A stretch of 64,000 nucleotides of DNA from Sphingobacteriales bacterium JAD_PAG50586_3 (GTDB lineage: Bacteria; Bacteroidota; Bacteroidia; CAMBQF01), in assembly GCA_023213195.1 (NCBI GenBank), contig CP096135.1:558548-622547 (forward strand). Direction: 5' to 3'. Position numbers and translations under genes: made by a program. This document shows, one piece after another, positions 29,453 through 40,115 of this stretch. How positions within the stretch are numbered: the stretch's first letter is position 1; every line of letters starts with the position of its first letter. The notes beneath the pieces were generated by a model. The model had not been told where the DNA came from. It saw only the letters and a list, made by a program, of their open reading frames with translations, and made no database searches.

Positions 29453-29510
29453 TCTTGAGTGGTGAGGTTTGAGTATAAAACTCAGTACTCAAGACTCACC
29501 ACTCAGAATT
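29453..29510. terminator. Imperfect ~24-bp-arm inverted repeat between convergent genes (bidirectional terminator candidate)
   Basis: TCTTGAGTGGTGAGGTTTGAGTAtaaaaCTCAGTACTCAAGACTCACCACTCAGA. Confidence 0.5.
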
Positions 29511-29920
29511 TAACTACCCAGCTTCAAAATCCTGTCAAACTCATCTTTGGTAAGGGGCATAACAGATAAACGCCCTTGGCGTATTAAGCCGACATTCTGC
29601 AAAGTTTCGTCGGCTTTTATAGCTTCCAGCGTAACTGGTTTTTTAAGCTTTTTATGCGGAACAAGGTCAACCACTACCCAGCGTGCATCATCTATAGTAG
29701 GGTCGGGGTAATGCTCTTTAATCACCTTAGCAATACCAACAACGCACATGCCCTCGTTGCTATGGTAATACATTGCCAAATCACCTTTTTTCATGGCTTG
29801 CAGGTTATTTCGTGCCTTAGTAGTTGCGCACACCATCCCACACGGCTTTGCCGTCTTTTTCAAATTGTTCCCAGCTATACTTTACCGGTTCTGATTTTAC
29901 AAGCCAATAGTTCATAATTG
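29510..29920 (-). CDS. EVE (PUA-like) domain protein, one substitution plus a 1-nt shift near 29825-29835
   Basis: Upstream frame reads MNYWLVKSEPVKYSWEQFEKDGKAVWDGVRNY*. The listed ORF reads ...ARNNLQAMKKGDLAMYYHSN. The consensus is WDGVRNYQARNNL. Confidence 0.6.
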
Positions 29921-29966
29921 TCAATTCTTTAGTTTTACCACCCCCGTCACGACTAGCGTCCTGACA

Positions 29967-29990
29967 CCCCCTCCTAAATTTAGGAGGGGG
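29967..29990. terminator. GC hairpin CCCCCTCCTaaatttAGGAGGGGG immediately downstream of holA
   Basis: Perfect 9-bp GC-rich stem, followed on the plus strand by a G-rich tract (aagggggagg). Confidence 0.45.
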
Positions 29991-30002
29991 AAGGGGGAGG
30001 TA

Positions 30003-31025
30003 TTAATTCAAAATTTTATAAACCAATTCGTTCATTATCTCTTTCTCGCTTAGCGATGGATAACCAATGCCCTTGCTCATCATATCAGCCTCGCGCAAAA
30101 ACGTTACTATATGGCGCAGCTTTACATAAGGGTATATACGTGCCGATGCTATGTAATCTTTAGCAATAAAAGGGTGTATACCTATGGTAGATGCTACGTT
30201 CTTATCCGATTTATCGGCCAGAGTATGTATTAACAGCAGCTTGGTAAAATAGCCGTACAAGGTACCAATAGTCATTACCAGCGGGTAATTTTTTTGGTTA
30301 CGGGCAAAGTAATCTACAATCTTGTATGCCTTTAAAGAGTCGCGTTTGCCAAGGGCGTTGTTTAACTCAAAAATGTTATACTCTTTACTAACGCCAATAT
30401 ACTTTTCTACCAGTGCTTCGTCTATTACCTGCCCCGGCGGAACGTTGATAAACAGCTTATCAAACTCATTAGCAATTTTAGATAAATCGGCCCCTAAAAA
30501 CTCCGATACCATTATGGCTGCTTTTGGGGTAATACGATACCCTTTCTCACCAATGTAGGCTGTAATCCAGTCTACCAGTTTATAGTCTTTTATCTTTTCG
30601 GCAACATATAAAACAGCGTGTTTATCAAGGGCTTTGGCAAAAGCGGTGCGTTTATCTACCGTTTTGTTTTTATAGCAAAACACCAATACGGTAGAGGGTT
30701 GCGGGTTTTGAATATAGTTAAGCAGGTGCGCGGCTTTCTCTTCGTCTTTAGACATAAGGTCTCGCACATTTTGCGCTTCTTTAATTATCACCACCTGCTT
30801 CTCGCTCATCATAGGGAAGCGTTTGGCATTGGCCAAAATGTTCGCGGTATCAGTATCTTGCCCGTATAGTATGGTTTGGTTAAAGTCGCGCTCTTCTTCG
30901 GCTAAAACGTTTTTTTCAATATAGTCAGCCAGGGTATCAATAAAATAGGGTTCCTCTCCGCATAAAAAATACACGGGGCGGAATTTCTTCTGCTTCAGTT
31001 CTTGTTGTATCGCCTCAAAAGTCAC
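30003..31025 (-). CDS. holA: DNA polymerase III delta subunit
   Basis: The start PVYFLCGEEPYFID and the size and architecture are typical of Bacteroidota HolA. Confidence 0.8.
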   Translation of the reverse strand: MTFEAIQQELKQKKFRPVYFLCGEEPYFIDTLADYIEKNVLAEEERDFNQTILYGQDTDTANILANAKRFPMMSEKQVVIIKEAQNVRDLMSKDEEKAAHLLNYIQNPQPSTVLVFCYKNKTVDKRTAFAKALDKHAVLYVAEKIKDYKLVDWITAYIGEKGYRITPKAAIMVSEFLGADLSKIANEFDKLFINVPPGQVIDEALVEKYIGVSKEYNIFELNNALGKRDSLKAYKIVDYFARNQKNYPLVMTIGTLYGYFTKLLLIHTLADKSDKNVASTIGIHPFIAKDYIASARIYPYVKLRHIVTFLREADMMSKGIGYPSLSEKEIMNELVYKILN

Positions 31026-31125
31026 AGTGCAAAGGTAGTATAATGTGTTAACACCACAGTGCCGGTTTTATTTGCAAACACGGCTATACTGTTTGTGTTT
31101 ATGATTTATTTGCTATGCCAGTAAA

Positions 31126-31520
31126 CTATCTAAATATAGTATCACTGTCGTCAGATTCTGGGGCTTGCACAGCAAATACCTTTAGTGGTCGTCTTGATGT
31201 AACATTTACCGCATGCAAAGTGCCTTTGGGTATAAATATAACATCGCCGTTTTTTACCTTAAACCATTTATCAACTAGCATCATGTCGGCCTCGCCATCA
31301 ATAATGTAAACGTGTTCAGAGTGTTTTAAATGCCTGTGCGGGTTTAAGTTGCTGGTTATCCAAACTATATTTCCACTTGCTAAAGAGTCGTGCCCAACAT
31401 CTTTTTTCCTAAAATAAAAAGGTCTTTTGGCGTAAATAAATCTTCAGCTTTAGTAACAAGCTGGGCACTAATAGCATTAGCTACAAGGCATAAAATCAAT
31501 AGTGATAATAGCTTTTTCAT
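31126..31520 (-). CDS. Secreted cupin-domain protein, 1 shift near 31385-31395
   Basis: Signal peptide MKKLLSLLILCLVANAISAQ, then a cupin barrel (NIVWITSNLNPHRHLKHSEHVYIIDGEADMMLV...GDVIFIPKGTLHAV). The shift is at a T-run. Confidence 0.55.
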
Positions 31521-31596
31521 CATTGTAATATTTAGTGCAATATACAGCAAACCATTTAGGTGGTTACTTGTTGCTTTTATCAATTACCTTTGCCCT

Positions 31597-32468
31597 ATGA
31601 TTGCGGCTATAACCGAGACCAAGAAGTTTCTATCGCTGGTAAAATTCAGCCATACCATTTTTGCATTACCATTTGCCATTATTGGTTTTATGCTGGGCAC
31701 AATGGCATCGGCACAACCATTTAGTTTAAAACTGTTTGGCTTAATGTTGGCCTGCATGGTGTTTGCACGCAGTGCCGCCATGGGTTTTAACCGCTATATA
31801 GACCGCCATTTTGATGCTAAAAACCCCCGCACCGCTATAAGAGAGATTCCATCGGGTATTATATCGCCCAATGCGGGTTTGGTGTTTGTAATTGTAAGCA
31901 GCATATTATTTGTATTGGCCACATGGTTTATAAACCCATTGTGCTTTTATTTATCGCCAATCGCATTGGCTGTGGTGTTGGGCTATAGCTATACCAAGCG
32001 GTTTACATGGCTATGCCATGTAATATTAGGTATTGGCTTATCGCTGGCACCTATAGGCGCATATTTGGCTGTTACGGGTGTGTTTAACCTGTTGCCATTG
32101 CTATTTTCTTTTACTGTGCTCTTTTGGGTTAGCGGTTTCGATATTATTTATTCTCTGCAAGATGAAGAGTTTGACGCTGCCAATAACCTCTATTCTATCC
32201 CATCGTTTTTAGGTAAAAAAATGCCCTGTTGGTTAGCCGGTTATTGCATGTTGCCAGTGCATCGTTTGTTATTGCCGCAGGCTTATATGGGCATTTTGGC
32301 TTTATTTATTGGATAGGCGCTGCCTTCTTTTTATCTATGCTTATATACCAGCACAGCCTTGTAAAACCAACCGACCTTAGCCGTGTAAACCTAGCCTTTG
32401 CAACAACCAACGGTATTGCCAGTGTTGCGTTTGGCTGCTTTGTAGTGGCCGATATTTTAATTCTCTAG
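31597..32468 (+). CDS. UbiA-family polyprenyltransferase (menaquinone/ubiquinone-type), 1 shift near 32230-32316
   Basis: NRYIDRHFDAKNPRT (the D-rich motif variant of the UbiA superfamily) and 8-9 TM helices. The C-terminal fragment 32229..32468 continues the protein. Confidence 0.7.
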
Positions 32469-32486
32469 TTTGTATATTGCATAGCT

Positions 32487-32978
32487 ATGCAAAACAATAC
32501 TCTTTGGCAAAAGGTACAAGCTTTTGAATTAGACGATCCTGCTGCAGATTTCAGCTTTTCAGACAGGCTTGCTAGGGAGAATGGATGGAGCCTTGAGTAT
32601 GCCATTAGAACTATAGCGGAATATAAAAAATTTATGTACCTGCTGTGTATTGCCAATCATCCATTAACACCACCAGACCAGGTAGACCAGGTTTGGCACC
32701 TGCATTTAATTTACACACGTTCTTATTGGGAAGATTTTTGCCGCGATACGTTAGGGAAACAAATACACCATGGGCCTACCAAAGGTGGCGACGCGGAACG
32801 AGGTAAGTTTACCGATTGGTACACTAAAACCAAAGAATTATATGCTGTTGAATTTGGAGCCATCCCTCCCGCTGACATTTGGCCCGATAGTGAAACCCGC
32901 TTTAAAGAGATAAATTTTTTAAGGGTTAACATTGACGCAAACTGGATTATAAAAAAGCCTTCTATATTTAAGCAATGA
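32487..32978 (+). CDS. GRDP-like (DUF1399-type) protein
   Basis: The motif DQVWHLHLIYTRSYWEDFC resembles the conserved (D)xVWHxH block of glycine-rich-domain-protein-like families. Confidence 0.45.
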   Translation: MQNNTLWQKVQAFELDDPAADFSFSDRLARENGWSLEYAIRTIAEYKKFMYLLCIANHPLTPPDQVDQVWHLHLIYTRSYWEDFCRDTLGKQIHHGPTKGGDAERGKFTDWYTKTKELYAVEFGAIPPADIWPDSETRFKEINFLRVNIDANWIIKKPSIFKQ

Positions 32979-33751
32979 ATTATTTAGCAACACTAAGCCC
33001 GGCGCAAAACCTTATCTTGTTAGGAAGAGGTTCTGCTGATTATAAATTGTTGCTAAAATCTACCTTGCTTGATTTAATGCTTAAACAAGTGCTTGAAAGC
33101 AACACTGTTATTAAACAGGCCAGCAAACACGACCCGGAAGTAGAATATACCTATATTACTGTCGGACCGGCTTTTAACAACCATATATATGATGATTATG
33201 AAAAGGCTTTCCTTTCTCCTTTTCTAAAAGACGGTAACTTTAAAGTGCTTTTTAGTAAGCTTGTTAAAATTGCGTATCAAAATACAACTACATCTAATCT
33301 ACATAACCAAGTTGCACGCTCTACCGATTTTAAAGTCTTTGTTAAACAAAACCTTTGGCAAAAATTAGTTGGAGGATATTCTTTTACTGTAGAGGGCTTT
33401 AGGGCTATGGACGATGTAAGGGCGGAGGTTGAAAAATTAGAAGGGGATATTGCAAATGAAACAGATAAGAATAAGCGGATACAATTGTTAAAACCCATTT
33501 ACGGCAACATACTTTTATTACAAGGCCTACCCGATGGTATGTTTGCAGAGTTTGATGAGGTTATTGCGAAGGAGTTTAATACTAAAAACGATTCCGGGTG
33601 CTCCGGTTGTGGCACATGGGTTGGCGTTGATAATTATTCCGATGGGTTTGACAGCGGATGCAGTGGCCACAGCAGTGGTTGCGGCGGAGATAGCGGGTGT
33701 TCGGGCTGCTCAGGTTGTGGTGGCTGCGGAGGTTGTGGCGGCGGAGATTAA
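32975..33751 (+). CDS. Hypothetical protein with an extreme Gly/Cys-rich C-terminal tail
   Basis: The last ~66 residues are GCSGCGTW..GCSGHSSGCGGDSGCSGCSGCGGCGGCGGGD (16 Cys). The start overlaps the upstream stop by 4 nt. Confidence 0.5.
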   Translation: MNYLATLSPAQNLILLGRGSADYKLLLKSTLLDLMLKQVLESNTVIKQASKHDPEVEYTYITVGPAFNNHIYDDYEKAFLSPFLKDGNFKVLFSKLVKIAYQNTTTSNLHNQVARSTDFKVFVKQNLWQKLVGGYSFTVEGFRAMDDVRAEVEKLEGDIANETDKNKRIQLLKPIYGNILLLQGLPDGMFAEFDEVIAKEFNTKNDSGCSGCGTWVGVDNYSDGFDSGCSGHSSGCGGDSGCSGCSGCGGCGGCGGGD

Positions 33752-34669
33752 ATCCTCCTTACATACAAATCTCGCAGGGCTGTACTCAATTCCGGAAATT
33801 TAAATTGAAACCCCGTAGCTAATAGCTTCTCTACTTTTACGTGTGTGCCCTCTAATACGGTAACACTCATTTCTCCGTAGGCTATGCGTATTGCAAATGC
33901 AGGTGCAGGTATTGGCAACATTGGCCTGTGTATCTGGTGCCCTAAAGCTTTGGTAAACGTGTTGCTGGTATCGTTTGCGGGCGCTGTGGCGTTGTAAGGG
34001 CCACTCATGCTTTCATCTTCCATAGCCTTTATGTAGATGTTGCATATATCGTCTATATGTATCCAGGGGAACGCCTGGTTGCCTGTTCCAACTGCTGCAA
34101 CAGGGCCAAATTTAGCTAAGGTCAGCTATTTTTTTAAGTGCCCCACCCTCAGTTGATAGCACAACACCCGTGCGGATGTTTGCCGTGCGTATATTCAGGT
34201 TTTTAATTTGGTTAACGGCATTTTCCCAAGCTATGCAGCATTGGCCTAAAAAATCGTTTCCGGGCGCGTCTGTTTCACTAAAAGGCTCATCTTGTGTTAC
34301 TGCTCCATAAAAACCCGTTGCCGATGCTGAAACCACCGCTTTTACCTTATTAGGTACATATTTTAACCTGTTATACAGTAACTCACTGCTTTTTACACGG
34401 CTTTCTATTATCTCACGCTTGCGTTCTTTAGTCCAGCCTTTATCAGCAATGCCTGCACCGGCTAAATGTATAATATAGTCGCAGTTGGTGAGGGCCTCAT
34501 CATCCATGGTGCCTTTTTCCACATCCCATAAATACACAGCACTATAAGCACTGTTGGGCTTTTTAATTTCCCGGCTAAGCAAACTAAGTGTATACCCTTT
34601 GTTGGTTAACAAGGTGGCTAGCCGTTTGCCCAGCAAGCCACTTCCTCCGGTAATTAAAACGTTTGGCAT
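33748..34669 (-). CDS. TIGR01777 (YfcH-like) NAD-dependent epimerase/dehydratase family protein, 1 shift near 34020-34112
   Basis: ITGGSGLLGKRL Rossmann motif. The C-terminal fragment (33748..34023) carries the DUF1731-like end ...KLLATGFQFKFPELSTALRDL. Confidence 0.65.
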
Positions 34670-34787
34670 ATAAATTAAGACAGTTTAAGCGCTATTTTGT
34701 TGTTTCGGGTGCAATAAAAAACCCCGACTATACAGTCGGGGTTTTCTTTATTTTAAGCCTTCTCGTTATGATGGGCTGAGAGTTCAA

Positions 34788-36584
34788 TTAATGACCTTCG
34801 TCCAACTCACCGTCTTCCATCGGTATGTTTTGCGGCACAAAGTCTTTGTCTTTACCCGGCTTGCTGTAGTCGTAAGCCCAACGGTAAACGTGAGGAATTT
34901 CGCCCGGCCAGTTACCGTGAATGTGCTGCACAGGGGCAGTCCACTCAAGGGTATTAGAGTTCCAAGGGTTTTGCGGTGCTTTAGGGCCACGAAAAACGCT
35001 GTAGAAGAAGTTAAATAAGAATATACCTTGTGCACAAGCTGCTAGTATTGCAAAGGTGGTTACCAATACGTTAATGTCTACTAAGCCATCAAACATTGGG
35101 AACTCTGTATTTGCATAGTAACGGCGTGGTACACCGGCTAAACCTAAAAAGTGTTGAGGGAAGAATACACCGTATGCACCAATAAATGTTAACCAGAAGT
35201 GAGCATAACCCAATTTCTTGTTCATCATGCGGCCATACATACGTGGGAACCAATGGTAAACACCGGCAAACATACCAAATATGGCAGAGCTACCCATTAC
35301 TATATGGAAGTGGGCAACAACGAAGTATGTATCGTGTACGTTAATGTCAAGGGCAGAGTCGCCAAGTATAATACCTGTTACACCACCGGTAATAAAGAAC
35401 GATACAAGACCGATAGCAAACATCATGGCGGGGGTAAGTACAAGGTTACCTTTCCATAGTGTGGTTAGGTAGTTAAATACTTTTACTGCTGATGGAATAG
35501 CTACCAATAGGGTTGTAAATACGAATACCGAACCTAAGAATGGATTCATACCCGTGATAAACATGTGGTGACCCCATACAATGAATGATAGGAAAGCAAT
35601 ACCCAACATAGACGCAATCATGGCGCGGTAGCCAAAGATTGGTTTACGAGAGTTGGTTGCAATAACTTCTGATGCTAAGCCTAGTGCCGGAAGAAGTACA
35701 ATGTAAACCTCTGGGTGACCCAAGAACCAAAATAAATGTTGGTATAAAATAGGAGAACCACCGGTTTGTTCTAACGCCTTACCGCCGATAAAAATATCAG
35801 ACAGGTAGAAGCTGGTACCCATGCTACGGTCAAAAATAAGCAGAAGGGCTGCGGCTAATAATACAGGGAAAGAAAGTACACCTAATATAGCTGTAATAAA
35901 GAAAGCCCAGATAGTAAGTGGTAAACGGGTCATCTTCATACCTACCGTACGTAGGTTGATGATTGTTACAATGTAGTTAAGGCTACCAAGTAATGATGAT
36001 ACAATGAAGATAGCCATAGATACTAACCATAAGGTCATACCTAAGCCAGAGCCCGGCATTGCCTGTGGTAATGCGCTTAATGGTGGGTAAACTGTCCATC
36101 CGCCCGATGCAGGACCGGTTTCAATAAATACCGAGTACAACATAAATGCACTTGATAAGAAGAAAAACCAGTAAGAAAGCATGTTAAGGAAACCCGATGC
36201 CATATCGCGTGCACCAACCTGAAAAGGAATAAGCAGGTTACTAAATGTACCACTTAAGCCACCGGTTAGTACAAAGAAAACCATAATGGTGCCGTGTATG
36301 GTAACCAAAGCCAAATAGAATGATGGGTCAAGGACACCATCTTTAGCCCATTTACCTAAAAAGGTTTCTAACCATGGGAATTTTTCGCCTGGGTATGCCA
36401 ATTGCAAACGGAATGCAATAGACATAAGCATGGCAAGAACACCCATAATAATAGCAGTTACTAAAAACTGCTTAGATATCATTTTATGGTCTTGGCTAAA
36501 AACGTATTTAGTAAAAAACGTTTCGTGGTGGTGGTGATCGTGATGATCGTCCGCTGCGTGGCCATGATCAATTACGTGAGACAT
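34788..36584 (-). CDS. ctaD: Cytochrome c oxidase subunit I
   Basis: 12+ TM helices with the canonical heme/CuB histidines (WFFGHPEVY, HHMF). His-rich N-terminus (HGHAADDHHDHHHH). Confidence 0.9.
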   Translation of the reverse strand: MSHVIDHGHAADDHHDHHHHETFFTKYVFSQDHKMISKQFLVTAIIMGVLAMLMSIAFRLQLAYPGEKFPWLETFLGKWAKDGVLDPSFYLALVTIHGTIMVFFVLTGGLSGTFSNLLIPFQVGARDMASGFLNMLSYWFFFLSSAFMLYSVFIETGPASGGWTVYPPLSALPQAMPGSGLGMTLWLVSMAIFIVSSLLGSLNYIVTIINLRTVGMKMTRLPLTIWAFFITAILGVLSFPVLLAAALLLIFDRSMGTSFYLSDIFIGGKALEQTGGSPILYQHLFWFLGHPEVYIVLLPALGLASEVIATNSRKPIFGYRAMIASMLGIAFLSFIVWGHHMFITGMNPFLGSVFVFTTLLVAIPSAVKVFNYLTTLWKGNLVLTPAMMFAIGLVSFFITGGVTGIILGDSALDINVHDTYFVVAHFHIVMGSSAIFGMFAGVYHWFPRMYGRMMNKKLGYAHFWLTFIGAYGVFFPQHFLGLAGVPRRYYANTEFPMFDGLVDINVLVTTFAILAACAQGIFLFNFFYSVFRGPKAPQNPWNSNTLEWTAPVQHIHGNWPGEIPHVYRWAYDYSKPGKDKDFVPQNIPMEDGELDEGH

Positions 36585-36633
36585 AGTACTTATCTTTTTG
36601 TATTATAAAAAATATCTTTTATTCAAATAATAA

Positions 36634-38070
36634 TTACATACCCCCTGCCGATTTAGCGGCAGCCGGTGGAACAATAGCTGAGCTATCTGCCTTTGCCACA
36701 GGTACAGCGGTGCTGTCGCCTTCAGTTGCATTGGAAGCTAAAACAGAGCCGAACGTTTTTTGTTCTTTAACCCACTTATCATAGCTGGCTTGGTCTTCTA
36801 CCACAATAACCATTTTCATGTTATAGTGTGCGTTGCCACAAATTTTGTTGCACAACAAGTAATACTCAAAGTTAGGGTTGTTGGTAATCTTACGCATTTC
36901 TGCGGTGGTAATGGTAGGGGTCATTGCAAAGTTTGTTTTCATACCCGGTACCGCATTCATTTGTGTGCGGAAGTGAGGCATATACGCACTATGGATAACA
37001 TCTTGTGCACGGAATTGGAATACAATTGCCTTGTTAACCGGAATGTGGAATTCACCTTTTACCAGTAAGTCATCTTCAGAAGAAATAAAGCGTTTTTTAG
37101 CAAAAACCTCTATTGCTTTCTTCATACGCTCAAGGTGCTTAAGTTCATCAACAATAGCCATAACAGGCTTGCTGCTACCGGCCCATGCGTAAGGGTCTTC
37201 GTGGTGACCACCGCCATGTCCGCCTTCGGCAGGGTGTGCTTCAGGGTTTGGGGCAGGGGCGTGGTGTTCTGCAGGGGCAGCACCGTGGCCACCGCCATGC
37301 TCTTCGCCACCGCTATGGTGTGGGTCAATAGGCTTAGACTTTTTAGGGAATATTTTACCCTCCAGTTCTACCTGTACTTTAAGCTTAGCAGTTAATTCTG
37401 CTATTTGGTCGTCAATTTCTTTTAAGCGACCTTCAATAGCAGCCGGGGTAATTAAGCCTAATGCGTTAGTACCGTTAATCATTTGGTAATTAGCATCGCC
37501 TAGTTTATTATCTGTTCCGGCATAGCGGGCAGTCCAGTCAAACTGGCGGGCATAAAGCTCAATGTTAATAGGGTTTTCGTTAGCCGATACCGAAGTATGG
37601 TCGGTAACACTATTCCAAACACGTAAACCGTATATAATAAGCGCAGAAAGAACAATAGCAGGAACAATTGTCCAAACAGCCTCTAGCTTGTTGCTATGGG
37701 CAAAGAAATCGGCCTTACGCTCTTTTTTGTAACGGTATTTATTTAAAAAGAAGAACAACAATACGTTGCAAATAACAAACGGTATGGTAATAATAACCAT
37801 AGAAACATCCCATAGTTGGTCAATTTCTACACCGTGTTTAGAGGCAGATACCGGCAAAAGCTGGTCTTTCCATTTTAAAATACAGTAAAGGATAAACCCA
37901 AAAAACGCGAATATGAATAGTATGCCTAAGCGGCCATTCATACGGCTATCGGCCTCGGTAATTACCGGTGCTTCATCGGGCCTCAACTCTCTTGCTAGCT
38001 CGTAAATTTTAAGCAATTGAAAAATTGCTACTACGGCTAAGATGATTATTGCTAATATCAGAAAATCCAT
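36634..38070 (-). CDS. ctaC: Cytochrome c oxidase subunit II with a His/Gly-rich insert
   Basis: CuA site H..CNKICGNAHYNM. Long linker DPHHSGGEEHGGGHGAAPAEHHAPAPNPEAHPAEGGHGGGHHED. Confidence 0.85.
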   Translation of the reverse strand: MDFLILAIIILAVVAIFQLLKIYELARELRPDEAPVITEADSRMNGRLGILFIFAFFGFILYCILKWKDQLLPVSASKHGVEIDQLWDVSMVIITIPFVICNVLLFFFLNKYRYKKERKADFFAHSNKLEAVWTIVPAIVLSALIIYGLRVWNSVTDHTSVSANENPINIELYARQFDWTARYAGTDNKLGDANYQMINGTNALGLITPAAIEGRLKEIDDQIAELTAKLKVQVELEGKIFPKKSKPIDPHHSGGEEHGGGHGAAPAEHHAPAPNPEAHPAEGGHGGGHHEDPYAWAGSSKPVMAIVDELKHLERMKKAIEVFAKKRFISSEDDLLVKGEFHIPVNKAIVFQFRAQDVIHSAYMPHFRTQMNAVPGMKTNFAMTPTITTAEMRKITNNPNFEYYLLCNKICGNAHYNMKMVIVVEDQASYDKWVKEQKTFGSVLASNATEGDSTAVPVAKADSSAIVPPAAAKSAGGM

Positions 38071-38236
38071 GTTATTATATCTTCGTTAGCTTATTATTGC
38101 TGGTTATTATTATCTTCTTTCTTTTCTACGTACTCTGTAAACAACGTGCCCGATAGTTTTTTAATTTCTACTGCCTGTGCTGCAGCAACTAAACCTAAAA
38201 GACATACTGTTAATATTAAAAAGCTCATACTGCCTG

Positions 38237-39433
38237 TTATATATGGTGGTGCAAGCTCTCTTCCAAAAATGGGTGGTTTTTAGGTTCTGTTGGTGCTTTA
38301 GTTAAGCTCCTGTGTACAATAAACAGGAACAAGCCAAGGAAGAACATAAAAGTACCTATTTCCATAATGCCGTAGTGTAGTTTCTCGCCTACAGTGCCGG
38401 GCATTACAATTATAAACATATCAGACCAATGGCCAAGGAATATGATAGAACCCACAAATGCAAGTATACCTGCGTGGCGTTTAGCATCGCGCATCATTAG
38501 CATAAAGAATGGGAACACAAAGTTGATGGCTATGTTAGCAAGCATTAAGCCTTTGTAAGACTCAAAACGGGCTAAGTAGTAAGTTACCTCCTCTGGTATG
38601 TTTGCATACCATATAAGCATAAACTGAGAGAACCAAATGTAGGTCCAGAATACAGAGAACGCAAACATAAACTTACCAATATCGTGTAGGTGGTTTTCAT
38701 TAACACCCGGTAAAAATCCTTTGCTTTTTAGGTAAACGGTAAACAATACAATGGTAATTAGACCGCTGATAAACATACCGGCAAAAATGTACCAGCCAAA
38801 CATGGTAGAGAACCAGTGTGTGTCTATAGATAAAATCCAGTGCCATGCCGATGTTGAAGATGAAACGGCAAAGAAAACAACAAACCAGGCCGCCATAAAG
38901 TAGTTCTTCATGTGGTTGGTAGTGCCGCCAATGGTATCTTCTTCAATAGAACGTTTGCGGAAAACCCAGGTAAAAGCACACCAGCCTACTAGGTATATAA
39001 TAGTTGCAATCCAAAAGAAGGGCAGGTTTAAGAAACCTGATTTGCCTGCAATAATCTCATCGTAGTGAGGGCTTGCGGGGTCCATTATACCTTCGTGTTG
39101 CCAGTGGTATAAGTGGTGGCCACCACCTGCTAATACCAAAGCAAATATTCCGGCGCCAACAAAAATGTATTGGCTTACGCCTTCAAATACACGTTTAATT
39201 GCAGAGTACCAACCCGATTGGCCAATGTATTGAACCGCCATAAAGAATGTGGCAGCCAACGATATAGCCATAAAAAAGAACGAGTTAATAAACATGTTAG
39301 CCCAAAAGCGGGTTGTGTTATGGCCTTCGCCAAAAGGATTAAGAGTAACTGCCCCGTATATTATTGAAGCCAATCCTACTATCATCAATCCAAAAAAGAT
39401 GTTTCGGGTGCGGTTAGATATAACGTAATTCAT
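38237..39433 (-). CDS. actF: Alternative complex III (quinol:cytochrome c oxidoreductase) membrane subunit ActF
   Basis: NrfD-like polytopic membrane protein placed last in the act cluster. Confidence 0.7.
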   Translation of the reverse strand: MNYVISNRTRNIFFGLMIVGLASIIYGAVTLNPFGEGHNTTRFWANMFINSFFFMAISLAATFFMAVQYIGQSGWYSAIKRVFEGVSQYIFVGAGIFALVLAGGGHHLYHWQHEGIMDPASPHYDEIIAGKSGFLNLPFFWIATIIYLVGWCAFTWVFRKRSIEEDTIGGTTNHMKNYFMAAWFVVFFAVSSSTSAWHWILSIDTHWFSTMFGWYIFAGMFISGLITIVLFTVYLKSKGFLPGVNENHLHDIGKFMFAFSVFWTYIWFSQFMLIWYANIPEEVTYYLARFESYKGLMLANIAINFVFPFFMLMMRDAKRHAGILAFVGSIIFLGHWSDMFIIVMPGTVGEKLHYGIMEIGTFMFFLGLFLFIVHRSLTKAPTEPKNHPFLEESLHHHI

Positions 39434-40088
39434 CTCTTCTCAGGGGGTTATTTCGTTTTAGTACTGTCTTTAGCTGCAGCTGCTGTAGTATCGGTTGCTG
39501 CGGCACCGCCTTTTGTAAGGTTTGTACATAGCGTACAACAGACCAACGCTCAGTCATATTTAATTGCGATGAATGAGAGCCCATCATGTTTTTACCATAC
39601 ATAAGGGTGTGGTACATTTTACCCTCGGGCAGGTCTTTTAACTGTGCTTGGTACGATGGCACACCGGCAAACTTACCACCGGTAACTAACCAGCCTTGTC
39701 CGTCGCCTGCTTCGCCATGGCAATGCACGCAATAAATACCATAAAGGCGTTTGCCTTCTGCTATAATAGGGGCAGTTGCCGCTAGTGGCGATTTTAAGCT
39801 AGTACCTGCAGCCTCATACCCTTCGTTAGTATTTGGGTACTCGTAAGGCACATAGTTAGTGTACATACCGTTGCGCGGTATAGTACCTTTAACAGGTAAA
39901 CGTGCGCCTGTGCTGTCTGCAAATACAGGGTTAACTTCGTAAGCCTTGTAAGAGGCGCTACGGTACATGTCGGGCATGTATTCAAAGCCTGGGCTGGCAG
40001 GGTCGCTTTTGCAGCTTTCAAGCGCAAACATTGCACCTGTAGTAACTACAGCAACCAGTAAACCCGATTTAATTTTTCTCATTTTCAT
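39414..40088 (-). CDS. actE: ACIII monoheme cytochrome c subunit ActE
   Basis: Lipoprotein signal plus a single CVHCH heme-binding motif. Confidence 0.7.
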   Translation of the reverse strand: MKMRKIKSGLLVAVVTTGAMFALESCKSDPASPGFEYMPDMYRSASYKAYEVNPVFADSTGARLPVKGTIPRNGMYTNYVPYEYPNTNEGYEAAGTSLKSPLAATAPIIAEGKRLYGIYCVHCHGEAGDGQGWLVTGGKFAGVPSYQAQLKDLPEGKMYHTLMYGKNMMGSHSSQLNMTERWSVVRYVQTLQKAVPQQPILQQLQLKTVLKRNNPLRRDELRYI

Positions 40089-40115
40089 CGTAAAACGCTT
40101 CAGTATATCAGGGTC

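Noticed and set aside
29981-30000. G-rich tract aggagggggaagggggagg as a possible G-quadruplex
   Set aside because: It has only two runs of four or more Gs plus short ones. It is better explained as the 3' arm and flank of the holA terminator hairpin.
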